From NCBI RefSeq assembly GCF_009914755.1, contig NC_060929.1: a stretch of 64,000 nt of DNA. The stretch is one strand, 5' to 3'. The DNA is from the human T2T-CHM13v2.0 reference genome, Homo sapiens. How positions within the stretch are numbered: position 1 is the first letter of the stretch; every line of letters begins with the position of its first letter. Of the stretch, positions 1 through 17,429 are shown one piece after another. Both the position numbers and the translations under genes were made by a program. The notes beneath the pieces were generated by a model. The model ran no database searches. It was not told the DNA's origin and saw only the letters and a program-made list of their open reading frames with translations.

Positions 1-79
1 CAGGAGAATTTACGGCGCAGATGGAGAATGGGGCCTGCCCTTAGTATCTAGTCCCTGGACAGCCCATCTCTTTCACCCA

Positions 80-480
80 GGAATCTCTGTCTCCTGGTTG
101 TTGCTCTTCTCACTGGGATGTGCAAATAACCTCCTGGCAGCCTTGGTCTCTCTCTTACCTCTGTCAGTTCCAGTCCGAAGGCCTAGCTCAGGTCACATCC
201 CTCTGACTCAGATACACTTTAATTACAAACTCCTCAGTCTGTCATTTAAGGCTTCACCCACTACGGTACCAATTCACCACTCACCAGTCCTTCAGATCAT
301 CATCCCCCAGCCATGTATGTGCCCATCCTTTTTATAGTCTCCCTGCAAAGCTCTCCCATCTTCAGGTCCTGGATCTTGCCTTTACCTGGTCCCAAAGCCC
401 CCTTATGGGGGCATTTGCTGTGATGCTTGGCCCACCTGATCAGGCCCCGCTTTAACACTGTCTCACCTATCAAGTCTTCC
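80..480 (+). mobile_element. L2 LINE fragment (degenerate)
   Basis: C/T-rich sequence with L2-like 3' motifs (gcaaataacctcctggcagcc..., aaactcctcagtctgtcatttaaggc). Confidence 0.5.
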
Positions 481-1106
481 TTGACATTCTCTGCCCCCTG
501 AACCTATGGCCTAAGGGATGGAGCTTTTTACTAGATTTGCATCTTTAATTATAGGAGTGATACATGCTTGTAAAAACATTCCCACATTACAGAAGCATAC
601 ACAGTAAAATGAGTGTGTGTCATCCCAACTCTCCATTCCCTAGAACTCACTCCAGTTAACAGCTAAACCTACACACAGACCCTTGTTTTACCAGCATGGG
701 AGGGGCCCTTGGGGACCTTCCGTAACTACTTAAGCTAGCAGTAGCAGAGTAGCGGTGAGGGGTGAGCAGACTTGGTGAAGGTTTTGGAGAGCGGTGACCT
801 GGGTTGACTCAGAAAGAAAATCCTCAAGGTTGGTCTGTGGGACCCCTTAATTTCTTTTACAAGTCAGTTCAAAGAACAGAGCCCCAGGGAGACATTCCTA
901 GTTGTGTGGGAATAGTCATTCTGTTCTCCCAAGAGCCAGAAACTCAAGTTCAAAAGGCAACCAGGTCTCTAAAGAATTCCCTTGGCCTAGCACAACCTGT
1001 CACTGCAAGCCCAGGTGGAGCTGAAGTCTGGCAGTCTTAATGGGGTGGTCACTCAGTCAGATGGAGAGAGTCAGAGCTAGAACCTAGGCCTTTTCTTCTC
1101 CAGCCT

Positions 1107-1156
1107 GGGCCCTTGCCTGTGCCCTGCGGGCCCCTGCCTGTGCCCTGTGGGCCCCT
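1107..1156. repeat. 21-bp tandem repeat x2.4
   Basis: gggccc(t/c)tgcctgtgccctg(c/t) at 1107, 1128 and a partial copy at 1149. Confidence 0.85.
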
Positions 1157-1444
1157 ATGTTCTGGCTGGTCATCCTGGAGTACCCCTACCACCAAACAAC
1201 AGAGACCCCTGTGTGCCCTGCTGGCAAAGCAGTGATTCTCTTTACAGTGTGGCCCAGAGAAGAGTCCACCTTCAGAAATAAATGACCCTGCCCTCCTTAG
1301 AATAGGATCTAAGTGAAGAACAGGGCTGTGCAGGCATCTCCTTCATGAGGGACTCCAGCCCATGTTACTAGGGAGTGTGAGGGGCAGGGGACACATGCCT
1401 TCCCCAGATAACCTGAGGGACTACATCCCTCCTCCACACTCCAA

Positions 1445-2290
<846 letters not shown>

Positions 2291-3117
2291 GGGGGAGGTG
2301 AGGGAGAGGAAGGCAACCCTGGCTTTGTTGTTGGGGATATAAATCCCAGGCCCACAGTTGAATTTAGCAAACAGTTGCTAACTGGTTTGGGCTCACAGAG
2401 TGGGGAGCTGGGGGTCCCCACGTTGTTTCACAGGTGAAAAATTGAAGGCCAGTAGCAAGTGAGAAGCCCTGACCTGCCATCTAACCTGCTGACATCAGTA
2501 AAAACCTGACTTGGCACCCAAATCTTGATTTGGCCAGGAGGCTGCTTGATACCTTAATCCTGGCACAATGGCCCAGGTACATAGCTGACCACCTCCAGAC
2601 AACCCAGTGATCACCTGACTCACAGCCCCATATCCACAGTCAATCAGCAACCTGCAGAAACCTTGCTTTTTGAATACAGAACAGAAATAGCTCACGACCA
2701 ACCCCATATCTTCCCCCTGTATCCCCAACCTCTGAGCCTAGACTCTGGATAGAATAGTTTCCCTGTTTGGCAGTAAAACTTTTTTTACTCAGCACTCAAT
2801 CTTTGGCCTCTGGTCTTTTTTTAGTTTCTTTTTGGTTAAATAGTGATGGAGTCTTGCTATGTTGCCCAGGCTGGTCTCGAATTCCTGGGCTCAGGTGACC
2901 CTGTTTTAACATGCCAGAGGCTCCCACCAGCCACAGGGCCCTGAAGGGGCTTCAACAAAGTCAGACACACCCTCTATGTTATTTGCTCAATTCAGATATT
3001 CTGCACTCTCTGGTTTGCACTTTAGCCCCTCCTGAGTCACCTGCTGCACCAAGGAGTGCACACAGCAATGCTGTGGATGGTCCAGGAGGGCCTGGGGTGC
3101 TGTCTAAGGCCATGAAG

Positions 3118-3298
3118 TTTAGCCAAGTTTGGTGGTGCATGCCTGTAGTCACAGCTACACTGAAGGCTGAGGTGGGAGGTTGGCTTGAACCCAGGAGTTG
3201 AAGGCTGCAGTGAGCTATGATTGTGCCACTGTACTCCCCACCTGGGTGACAGAGTGAGACCCTGTCTCAAAAAACAAACAAACAAACCAAAAAAAAAC
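3118..3298 (+). mobile_element. Alu right arm (AluJ/FRAM-like)
   Basis: Right-monomer sequence with A-rich tail. Confidence 0.85.
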
Positions 3299-4214
3299 CC
3301 AACAACTTGGATAAAGACTCTTGCTTGGCACAAGGACCTTACTTTCTGACACTGATCACATAGATGTGAACTTTGGCATGAAATTCAGGCAGTGTCGGAA
3401 ACCCCAGGCCCCACTATCAGAGCTGGAATTAGACAACGCTCTCCAGGGGAGAATGAGTTTCCAGAAGCCTTGGCTGTGCCCCCTTCAGTCAGGGAAATAA
3501 AGACCCTTCTATTTCCCTGTGGCCAGCCAGGGAGGATGGGTGAGTATCACAGTGAAGAACCAGGAATTTTGCCCCTTGAGGGGCCCAGAGAGCTCTGCTC
3601 ATCTATCTGTCTCCAGTGATAGGCATAGTGAAGGATTTTTCTGAGGCAGAGCCAGAAGTCTGGCTTAGGGCCCAGTGAGTCATCTTCCAAGAGTCTAGGC
3701 TGCACAAGAAGGCTGCCTATGGCCACCTTTGCTTTTGCTGCTGCAGGCAGAGCTCACCTACTGAGGCCTAGTTCTGCTGGTAAGATGCATTGAGACCAGG
3801 AGATCCTCTCTATAGTCTTCACCAAATGACTCTGCCCAGTCACCCCTCCCTGGGGGCTCAGAACTGCCCATTCCTATTTCCTTTAGTCTTGAGAAACATG
3901 CTCCTCCTGCAAAGGACAGCTGGCTGACTAGAGGGACAATCTGTCTAGGGACTAGGGTGAGACAGAGTGCCCAGCCACATCAAAAATAGTGCCAATGTTC
4001 CTAAGAGCCACATACGGAGCTATTGTCCTAACAAATCAACAAGGGGCATGAAAAAGCTGAAAAATCTGAATGAGAGAAAGGAGAAACCTTTTTAGTGGCT
4101 TAAGGATACAATGTCAATTATACAGATGGGTAAACTCCTGCCCCTGGGGACCCCCTCTTCTGGGGGAAGACTGGGAAGAGGCAAAGCTTTCAGCCTTCTA
4201 AAGAAGGGTAGCTC

Positions 4215-4550
<336 letters not shown>

Positions 4551-5328
4551 TCAGTGCCTTTCCCTTCTGCTCAGACCACCATTCGTTATCATTGCACCAC
4601 TGGTCCCTGGTCACCCTGGAACACCTTTGCCAGTACAGGCCCTCCTTAAAGTCACATGGGGCAATACTATCACTATTGAATCACTATCAAAATCCCAACA
4701 ACATATTTTTTCAGAAATAGAAAAATCCATCCTAAATTCATATCATATCTCAAGAGACCTCAAGTAGTCAAAACAAGCTTGAAAAAGAACAAAGCTGGAT
4801 GGAGATCCCACATTTCCTGATTTCAAAACTTGCTGTAAAGTTACAATAATCAAAACAATTGCCACTGGCATAAAGACAGAAATGTAGACCAACAGAATGG
4901 AATAGAGAACTCAGAAATAAACCCTTACATACATGACCAAATGATTTCCAACAGGATGTCAAGATCATTTAATGGGGTAGGAAAGGACAATCTTTTCAAC
5001 AAACAGTGTCGGTTAAACGAGTCACCCATATGCAAAATTATGCAATTGAACCCTACCTTATACTACCTACAAAAATTAGCTCAAAATGGATCAAAGAACT
5101 AAACATAAGAGTAGTTCAAACTATAAAGCCCTTAGAAGAAAACATAAGAGAAAAGCCTCATGACTTTGGATTTGGCAATGATTTTTTAGGTATGATACAA
5201 AAAGCACAGGCAGCAAAAGAAAAATAAATAAATTTGGCTTCATCAAAACGAAAAACTTTTGTGCATCAAAGGACACTACAAGCAGAGTAAAAAGGCAACC
5301 ATGGAATGGGAGAAAATATTTGCACATC

Positions 5329-5612
5329 TTTTTTTTTTGAGACAGAGTCGCTCTGTCACACAGGCTGGAGTGCAGTAGTGTGATCTCACTGCAACCTCCG
5401 CCTTCTGGGTTCAAGCAATTCTCCTGCCTCAGCCTCCTGAGTAGCTGGGACTACAGGCACGTGCCACCACGCCCAGCTACTTTTTGTATTTTTAGTAGAG
5501 ATGGGGTTTCACCATGTTGGCCAGGCTGGTCTTAAACTCCTCACGTCAGGTGGTCCACACACCTTGGCATCCTAAAGCACTGGGATTACAGGCGTGAGCC
5601 ACTGCACCCAGC
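5329..5612 (-). mobile_element. AluS
   Basis: Antisense Alu with poly(T). Confidence 0.93.
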
Positions 5613-5784
5613 AGCAAATCTGATAAGAGATTAATATGCAGAATATGTAAAGAATTCCTACAACTCCACAACAACAAAAAACAAACAACTGGATTTTAAA
5701 ATGGGCAAGGAATTGAATAGACATTTCTCCAAAGAACATATGCAGATGGCCAATATTTTTAATATTTTAAAATTTTTATCTAAA

Positions 5785-5913
5785 GTTTTTTTTTGTAGAG
5801 ATGGGGTCTTGCTATGTCACCCAGGCTGGTCTTGAACTCCTGGCCTCAAGCAATCCTCTCACCTTGGCCTCCCAAAGTGCTAGGGTTAGAGGCGTGAGCC
5901 ACCGCATGCAGCT
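5785..5913 (-). mobile_element. Left Alu monomer (FLAM-like)
   Basis: Left arm only; gatggccaat repeated on both flanks. Confidence 0.8.
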
Positions 5914-6033
5914 TGGATGGCCAATGAATGAAGGAAAAGATGCTCAGCATCACTAATTATTAGAGAAATGTAAATCAAATCCGCAAGGAGATACTACTTC
6001 ACATCCATTAAAGTGGCTATTATTAAAAAGCAA

Positions 6034-6332
<299 letters not shown>

Positions 6333-6906
6333 GAGACAAAGGGAGAAGGAAATAAGCGTTGGCAAGGATGTGGGGAAACTGGAACCCTTGTGCATTGCTG
6401 GTAGGAATGTAGAATGCACAGTGCAGCCACTGTGGAAGAAAGTATGGTGGGTCCTCAAAAAAATTAAACATAAAGGGACCCAGCAATTCCACTTGTGGCT
6501 TAGAGCTAGAAGAATTGAAAACAGTGACTCAAACAGATATCTGTACACCCATGTTCATAGCAGCATTATTCACAATGACAAAAAGGAGGAAACAACCCAA
6601 ATGTCCATCAATGGATGAATGGATAAACAAAATGCATGCAGTGGAGTATTATTTGGCCTTAAAAAGGGAACGAAATTCTGACACACGCACATGGAGGAAG
6701 CTTGAGGACATTATGCTAAATTAAAGAAGCCAGTCACAAAAGAACACATACTGTATGATCCCACTGATATGCAGTATCTACAGTAGTCAAATTTATAGAG
6801 ACAGAAAGTAGAAGGATGGTTACCGGGAGTAGGGGAAGAGGAGAATAAGGAGTTAGTGTTTAATGACTAGAGTTTCCATTTGGGATGATGATAAAGTTGT
6901 CGAGAA

Positions 6907-7269
<363 letters not shown>

Positions 7270-7681
7270 CTAAACTGTACCCTTAAAAATGATTAAAAGG
7301 ATACATTTTATGTTTTGCATATTTTCCCACACACAAAAAGTTGCATGGGGGTGAGGAGCTCCAATCCATAAATGTTCTTCAGAGGGAGCTTACTCAGGGC
7401 GCTGGGAGATAGTGGGGGTGCTGGGGAGAAGCGGGGGCCACCAACAGTTCTGGGATTATCTACCTCCCCGCAACACCAACCACCACTTCTTTTTCTCTCT
7501 CTAACCCCTGCTCATCCTTCAAAGCCCAGCTCTGGTCCTCTCCCACTTCTTCCAGGATGGGACCTCCAGCCCTCACTGCTCTCCCTCAGAGCATGTCCAG
7601 ATGTCTACTCCCTGCTCCAACAGTCCTGCTCTCCTCACTCCAGGCTCTTTCCTCCAGGGACTGAAACCTCTCTGGGGTTAG

Positions 7682-8220
<539 letters not shown>

Positions 8221-8504
8221 CTATTGATGTGCACCTCTTAAGGTTGCTGCAGGCACCCAATATGATAATAAATATAAGATTCTCAAGCACAGCGAAGGGT
8301 ACATAGTAAGTGCTCAATATATTATTATCATTATTGTTAGGGTTATTCTTCATACTGGCCTAGAATACTTCTCCCAATTCCATCTGCCTGTGGCTCCTCA
8401 TCCCTCGTGCCCCAGCTCCACTCCTACCCCCACCACAAAGCCTTCTTGTCCACTTCAAGCTCCACTGAACCCCTATGGAGCATCTTAGAATTGAAGAAAA
8501 ATCT

Positions 8505-8600
8505 GACCTCATAGGGTTTTCATGAAGATTAAATGATTTAAACCACGTGAAATGCTTAGAAGAGAACCAGGCATATAAAACGTGCTGAGTAAGAGTTAGC
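8505..8600 (+). mobile_element. MIR fragment
   Basis: acctcatagggttttcatgaagattaaatga... MIR core. Confidence 0.7.
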
Positions 8601-8602
8601 AG

Positions 8603-8646
8603 TGATGATGATGATGATGATAATGATGGTGATGACAGTGACGATG
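8603..8646. repeat. (GAT)n microsatellite, imperfect
   Basis: gatgatgatgatgatgataatgatggtgatgac. Confidence 0.9.
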
Positions 8647-8843
8647 GGCTGTGGTCATTTCACTTGTCTGTTCTATGTGTATTGTCTCGATTGTGACTAT
8701 CAGTCCAGTGGGAAGACTTAATAAAGAAACTGGTAGTAAGAAATGACAGGTGCTAGGGGGCTGAATTCAGGTTCAGAGGGGCTTTTCAGAACCTTGAAGG
8801 GGGTAGATCAGGGCAGTCTTCCTCATCTTACAGGATGAGTAAT

Positions 8844-9815
<972 letters not shown>

Positions 9816-11499
9816 TGGCACATGGTTATTGAGAACTGTGTGATCAGCTCTCCTTCTCCCATCCTTCCCAATTACACATTCACAGCCGTCATATTCAGAA
9901 TGTTCTTTGAGTCTAACCCTGTCCTCCCAGCTGCAGTGTGAGCTCAGGCCATTTCACACTGCCTTCGTTGAGTCTGTTTGGTGCTGAGAAGCCACGGGAA
10001 TGAGGGATGGGCAGGGGGCCAAGGCCTGGGTGGCAGACATGCTTCTTGCATGTCCTCTATCAAGCAAGCCAACCTCTGGTGCCTGTCAGACTCAGACCCC
10101 GTGAGCCTGTGCCAGGGTGCGTGGGCTGCAGACGCGGTACAGGAGCCTCTTGCCCTAAGTGCTTCAGGTCCAAACACATCCCCCTGTCCTGCCTCTGGAG
10201 CCCTCTCCTGGATCAGAAGCCTCCCCCAGGGCCCCCAGATAGGCTCTTCCTCGTGATTCCAACAGAAGTGGGAGGTAGAGAGCAAAACCTCTGATCTGGA
10301 TGCCACACATAAACTCTAAGAAATTATTCACCAGAGGGTGAGGCTTCAGAAACCCAGGAAAGAGGCCCCGACCCCACAGTCTGACCAGAACAGCTGGCCA
10401 GCAGGGCTGGGACATTGGAGTCTTCCAGGCTGATGGTTCCAAGGGTGGGGCTGGTTGGGGCCCTGCCTAGGTACAGCTCCTTCCAGGGCTGGGCTGTTCT
10501 ATGCCTCATCTTGACAAACTGCAGGTGGGGACTGAGGACCCACAGGCTGAGGTTCCCCTAGAAACTGCCCATCTAGCTGACGAATCTGGGACCCTCAGAT
10601 TGGTCCCAGACCTACCCAAGACTGACTCGTCATGTCTCTGGGGTCCCACTGGCTGCTTCCTGATCGCGATCCCGTCTTGCCTTTCTGGAGAGGGTCAGGT
10701 TGGGCTGTACTGGCCCCATCCTGGAGCCTCCTCCCTCACCACAAAGGGGAGTGTCTCATCCCTGGCTGCTCCTGAGCTCCCCATCGCCAGGAGCTGGGAT
10801 CTGATGACCACCATGCTCAGGTTTCCATCTCCATTTACCCCAAAAAGACAAAAGCTCCTGTGCCCCAACCCGCTGCTCAGCTTTCCTGGGCCTGGCTCAC
10901 AGCCAGGTGTGGCACAGTCACATGTTAGCCAGAGGGTGATGGGAAGAGCACTAGAAAGGGCATCAGGTGACATGGGTTCCAGCTGGCTAGGACAGAGCCT
11001 CCGCGGGAGAGGGAGGCAGGGCAGTTGTCCCATGCAGTGGCATTTTGGGGGATCGTGAAACCTGGAGGAGCAGGGTGGATTCACATGGCTGGTTGCTCTT
11101 CCTCACTCCCACACAGGAGTGTGTGTAGCCTTGACAGGTAGGCCTCTAGAGGAACAGCACTGTGGCAGGGAGCTCTCTCCCCATGACACCTCCCATCCTG
11201 TGCTTCTGCCCCTTGAGCGGTGAGGACCCCTTCCTTATAAGACTAAGATCTCCAGTATCCTCAACCCCAGGCCTGGTTCTGCCCCTGCAGTCACACAGAA
11301 ACTCCTGTCCCTGATCCCCACCCAACAGTCCCTGAGCTCCCCTCAAACCACTCCCTCCTGGCTGAGTCACAGATTTGTACCAGAGGACTGGATGGGGTGA
11401 GAGGGGTCTCATAAAGTGTCCAGTGTCCACTTCAGGCAGGGGCTAGGCATGGCCAAATGCAGAAATGGGGGCTGCTTAGGAGACAGGTGAGAGGACCAC

Positions 11500-12195
<696 letters not shown>

Positions 12196-12795
12196 TCACA
12201 GTTACCTTCATCTCCATTTTCAGCCATTGCCAAGAGCAGCAGACTCCTGAGGGTGAGTCAACGGGCAAGCCAGCTGAGCCAGCACTGTCCCTCCCTTACG
12301 CCATCCTTCCACCCCATGTCCTGGCCCATCCCCACTGGCCATTCCACTCCGGGGAAAACAGAGCAAGCCACTTGCCAGGCCCCTTCTGCCCAGAGTGCCA
12401 TTGCCATGGCTCTCCTGGGGGTGTACCGCTCCCCGCAACTTCCGTATCAAGATAGGGACTCTGGCCAGGGTGAGCCCTTTGCTCCCAGGGAGCCACTTAG
12501 GGCTGCCCAGGGATCCAACCATTTGCCTCTTTCTTCCTGGTACTATGCTGTGACAGGAAACCCGAGTTCCCTGAACACTGAGGGGTCAGGGAGGGATGGG
12601 GAAGGACAGGTTATAGAGGGAGACAGTGAGTGGAAGGGTGCAGCCCCTTTCCCCCTTGCCAGTACTCACCACCCTCTCTGGCCAGGCAGGTCTCCCACCT
12701 GGCACCATAGCAGGGATTTCTGGGAAGAAAGAGCCTGAAACGTCCAGGGCAGATGGGTTCAGGGATGGGAGAACTGCTAGAAGAAACCCCCAGAG

Positions 12796-13142
<347 letters not shown>

Positions 13143-13344
13143 TCAGGAAGTAGCTCCCAAAGGCCTGTCAGCCTGTTCTAAAATTGGATGATGGGGCAGC
13201 CTCCTCTGGGGCCTGAGGGACCCTCATTCTCCCAAAGGAGACTGATTTTTGCTGGGCCCTGCCTTGGGTATCGCCTCCCAAGCTACTTTTAGAAGATTCC
13301 CCCAGGGAGTTGAATACCTGGGTCTCAGCGTCACTTTGTCCACT

Positions 13345-13420
13345 TGCTAAATCTCCGTGAGTCTCTGCCCCTCTCTGAGCCTTAGTTTCTTCATCTATAA
13401 AATGGGTGTCATCATTTTAA
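13345..13420 (+). mobile_element. MIR fragment
   Basis: ctctctgagccttagtttcttcatctataaaatggg MIR core. Confidence 0.7.
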
Positions 13421-14321
13421 GGGCTAAAAAGAAGATTATTTTATTCCCAAATATCTCCCTTCTCTGTCTGTTATTCATTCCAAAAACCCACCGTCTCCTT
13501 TGCGAGCTTTGGTTAAGCATTGTCCTAGTCGGATACACTTGAAAAGTAGCTAGGAAAACAATGAGTTTCTCATCTTTCATGGAGGGATGCATTTCTCTGA
13601 TGCCACAGTCCCTGAAGACCCTTTCCCCAGAGCTGACCCTGCCCCATAAATTGAGACCCCCTGGCAGCACCCTTGCCTGCTGCCCCCAGTGCTGTGCCCA
13701 GATGATTCCAACCTGTTGGACTAAAGCCCAGACAAAGACATCAACAGACACATCCCATTGCTAATAGGAGCCTGAGCTGTCATTGGCCCAAGCAGGGACA
13801 CTGACACTCAGCTATGCCGTCCCCTATTTTATCTGACACCTGTTTGCTAAACCCTTAACTATGTAGCAGGAACTTTGATAGGCTGGGAGGCAGGGAGTGG
13901 GCAAAGGAGGGTTAGCCATGTTATTGCTCCATAGGGTCCCCACAGGCCAGCAGCATCCTTATAGACATGGCCTTGGGGTTCCTCGCCAGCAAAATCCTCA
14001 AGGAGGGGGCTTGCCCTGGGGAGCCAGGCAAGGAGGGCAGATGGTGGGAGGTTCAGCCAGGCCTCCAGCACTCCCTTTACAACCTTAACAAGATGGCAGT
14101 GCCATCTGATGCCTGGTCAGACAGGCTGACCAGAGAGTGCAGTACTCTCAAGTTCAAGGGAAAATAGGATGTTGGGTTTCCTACCAGGCTCAAAAGCAGA
14201 GAGCTAGCAATAAATCAAGAACTGGAAAGTGATGTCAGTGCTTCAAACTAGATTTCCAAGCTTGGGAAACAATTGTGCATTAAAATCCATCGGAGGAAAA
14301 AAAAAACTATTAAAACTTCAG

Positions 14322-14398
14322 GAGAAATTCTTTGCTATAAATTAGATTTTTCTGCCAAGCAGGATAATTCAATAATTTCCCCTTGACATTCTCGAGAT
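14322..14398 (+). repeat. Inverted repeat, arm 1 (77 bp; partner at 15546-15622)
   Basis: Reverse complement matches 15546-15622 at 74/77 positions with no gaps. Confidence 0.95.
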
Positions 14399-15089
14399 TG
14401 CTCTTTGAGCGGAATTACGATGCTTTGAAGTTGGGAGTGATTTGTTTCCAAGGAAAGATGAAGAGTCGACTGAGAGTGGAGGTGAGAGGGCAGGGATGGA
14501 GCTCTTCAAACCAAAGGGGATGGGGCCCCTCTTTGGGGTCTCAGTACCACTGCATGGAGGCTGGGAGGACTGCAATGCAGTCCATCCTCCAGGAGATGGC
14601 TCAGGCCAGACCACGACTCCGACATGAGAATGTGGGGGTCCTGAGAAGGCCTTGGCATCCTCCAGTATCATCTTGTAGCTGGGGCAGCCTCAGCCTTACA
14701 GCTTCCCTGAAAAACTGTCTAAAACCTTCCTCAATCCTTCTGAAACCAGATCTGGGTTCAGGTAACAGGGTAACAGACCCTCCCGGTCTTCCTTTGCTGT
14801 GCAAGATACAGCACCAGCCACAGGGCCTTTCCTACATCCTGTCTCCAGTAAGTTGGGGCCTTGATCCTAGTCCCTGTCAACCCTGCTCTCTCTGCACAAG
14901 ACCCAACACAACCAAAGCTACCCTGGCCGGACAGGGCAGCTAGAAGGGGGAGACAGAGCATGTCAGGCAAAGGTGGGGATCTTGGAGGACTGGGCACAAT
15001 TGGTCTGGCCATTGGGTATCAGCCTCCAAGACAACCGTGGGGGAAGGAGATAGGGCAAGGGCGAGGCACCAGAACCAGAACCTGGCAGG

Positions 15090-15260
15090 ACAGGGCTCCA
15101 GAGTCAGCCTGCCTGGCTCGTCCACTGGCAAATCTCTTAACCTCTCCAAGCCTTGATTTTTGCATCTGTAAAGTGGGGGTAATAACAGTACCTGCCTTAC
15201 AGACAGAGCTAAATGTGACAATGCGTGTGAAGCACTTCATGCTATGCCGTGTACACAGAA
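15090..15260 (+). mobile_element. MIR
   Basis: ggcaaatctcttaacctctccaagccttgatttttgcatctgtaaagtggggtaataacagtacct. Confidence 0.8.
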
Positions 15261-15545
15261 GCGGTGGCCAGTAGTATCTTCAGGACACAGGTCCCCTATT
15301 CCCAGACCACAGCCCCTCCCATTGCAAGAAACCCATCTTCTGTAGCCCCTACTCAGTTCCCTTTCTCTCTCCCTCCTCTCGCACCCAAACTTGCCTGTCC
15401 TTGGGGACTTACCTCCTCCACACAGAGCTGCCAAGTATGATGTCTACGTAGAGCTGGGCTGCCCACTGGGCACTGTCACTTATTTGACCATTTGCCCACC
15501 ATGGTCACTGGTTGCTATCAACAACTCTCACCAGAAGGGTGGTTG

Positions 15546-15622
15546 ATCTCGAGAATGTCAAGGGGAAATTCTTGAATTATCCTGGTTGGCAGAAAAATCT
15601 AATTTATAGCAAAGCATTTCTC
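15546..15622 (-). repeat. Inverted repeat, arm 2 (77 bp; partner at 14322-14398)
   Basis: atctcgagaatgtcaaggggaaattcttgaattatcctggttggcagaaaaatctaatttatagcaaagcatttctc. Confidence 0.95.
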
Positions 15623-15961
15623 TCATTTTATGGAAGCTCTGGGAGTGAAGCGGTATTTTTCAAAGTCACATATTTGGGAAAAGAGGTTGGAGCTAGGACT
15701 GGGGCCCAGGTCAGACCAACTCAACCACAGAGCAGCGTCTCATCTCAAGACTTCCTCCTCCCTCCCTCCATCCCTCCCTTCCTTTCTTCCCATGAATCAG
15801 AGCCTCCCAGAGCCCACGCACTGGTTACTGAGACAGTGGCAAACAGAGGCAGGGGCACATGGGAGTACCCTTATTTCCAATGTTTTCTGAGTCTCCAGGA
15901 GGAAGTCCACAGGGCCCAGCAGAAAGAGGTCAAAAGGGAAGGAAGTGGGAGAGTCTCCTTC

Positions 15962-16535
15962 ATTTATTTATTTTATTTTTAGAGACAGGGTCTCACTCTG
16001 TCGCCCAGGCTGGAGTGCAGTGGTGCACTCTCAGCTCACTGCAGCTTCAAACTCTTGGTCTCAAGCAACCCTCCTGCCTCAGCATCCTGAGTAGCTGGGA
16101 GTACTGGTGCATGCCACTATGCTCGACTACCTTTTTTTTTTTTTTTTTTTTTTGAGAAGGAGTCTCGCTCTGTTGCCCGGGCTGGCATGGCACAATCTCG
16201 GCTCACTGCAATCTCCGCCTCCTGGGTTCAAGCAATTCTCCTGCCTCAGCCTCCGGAGCAGCTGGGATTACAGGTGTGCATCACCACACCCTGCTAATTG
16301 TATTTTTAGTAGAGATGGGGTTTCACCATGTTGGCCAAGCTGGTTTCAAACTCCTGACCTCAAGTTATCTGCCTGCCTTGGCCTCCCAAAGTGCTGGGAT
16401 TACAGGAGTGAGCCACCATGTCCAGCCTTGGCTAATTTTTAAATTTTTTGCAGAGACAGGGTCTTGCTTTGTTGCCCAGGATGGTTTCAAACTCCTGGCT
16501 TCCAGCAACGCTCTCACCTTGGCCTCCCAAAGTGG
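15962..16535 (-). mobile_element. AluJ with an AluS nested in its linker
   Basis: Right arm 15962-16130, nested Alu ~16132-16428, left arm to ~16535. Confidence 0.88.
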
Positions 16536-17244
16536 AAAGTTTCCATCTAAGCAGTTGTCAGATAAGCCACTCACTTGTATACTGCCTGCCTCATAGAAGA
16601 GAGGAGTTTGGCGTTTGAAAGGTTATCTCATCCTCCCCTCTTTTTGAATTGTTTCTTTCATAGGTGCTCCCCCACCCCAAACGACAGACAGCTCACTACC
16701 TTGCAGAGCAGCCCTAGGGTGCAGGTTGCCCTTTGCTCCTTGACCCCTCCTGGGGCTCAGACTGGCTTTCTGTAGCATTGTCCTGGCACTGACCTATGGG
16801 CAGGGGCCAGCCAGTGGCAGTGGCAGCGACGAGGGCCTGCTGTTGCTCACTTGTCAAGTCCGCAGGTTTCAGGGGCTAACTTGTGAGCAAGCCAGGGGCT
16901 TTCTGGATGGAGACTCATCCCTCCAGAGGGCAGGGCTGGGTGTTGGTGTGGGCAGTATTCTGGAGGAGGGTCAGGGGGCCATCCTTGTGCCCAAGAGTTT
17001 CCCTCAGAGTGGAGGTCAAGGGGAGCTTAGAGCTGGGAACTTTGCCATCACCTAAAACCAGACTGGACTTGCCTCCAAATGACATACTTGCATTGAGTTA
17101 GCTCCCAGGCCAGGAGATGTCCAGGTTCTTGGTTTTGCCCAGTAAGGTACCACCAGGAGACCCACTGGCCCCTCTCAAAGCGGGACATAGGGGCTGGGAA
17201 GGGGCAGGAGGGGTCTGGGCGCTTGGAAGCTGCAGCCCCCACCA

Positions 17245-17420
17245 CTCAGTAGCCGTGTGACCTTGTGCAAGTCACTTGGCCTCTCAGAGCCTGTTTCCTT
17301 GTCTGTAAGTGGAGGTCATATGGCACCTGCTTCTGAGGCTTGTTGGGGATAACAAACAAGTGACCTGTGAAGTGCCTAGCACAGAGCGAGCGCTCAGAAA
17401 GTGCCAGCCTTTGTTATTAT
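17245..17420 (+). mobile_element. MIR
   Basis: tagccgtgtgaccttgtgcaagtcacttggcctctcagagcctgtttccttgtctgtaa. Confidence 0.8.
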
Positions 17421-17429
17421 ATACAGCAA

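Noticed and set aside
1-45. Possible coding exon end at the window edge (GEFTAQMENGACP-stop frame)
   Set aside because: Too short, unrecognised, and no supporting poly(A) or splice context
14091-14107. Palindrome agatggca-g-tgccatct (CTCF/YY1-like halves)
   Set aside because: An 8-bp stem is expected by chance in 64 kb and the motif matches are imperfect
13810-15300. Shared 10-mers gctatgccgt and gtcccctatt at ~13811-13828 and ~15241-15300
   Set aside because: Short and non-colinear in spacing; likely coincidental
14322-15622. Inverted repeat as TIRs of a DNA transposon
   Set aside because: No TSD or recognisable terminus, the interior is unique DNA plus a MIR, and arm identity is higher than expected for fossil primate DNA transposons; not excluded without a Dfam search
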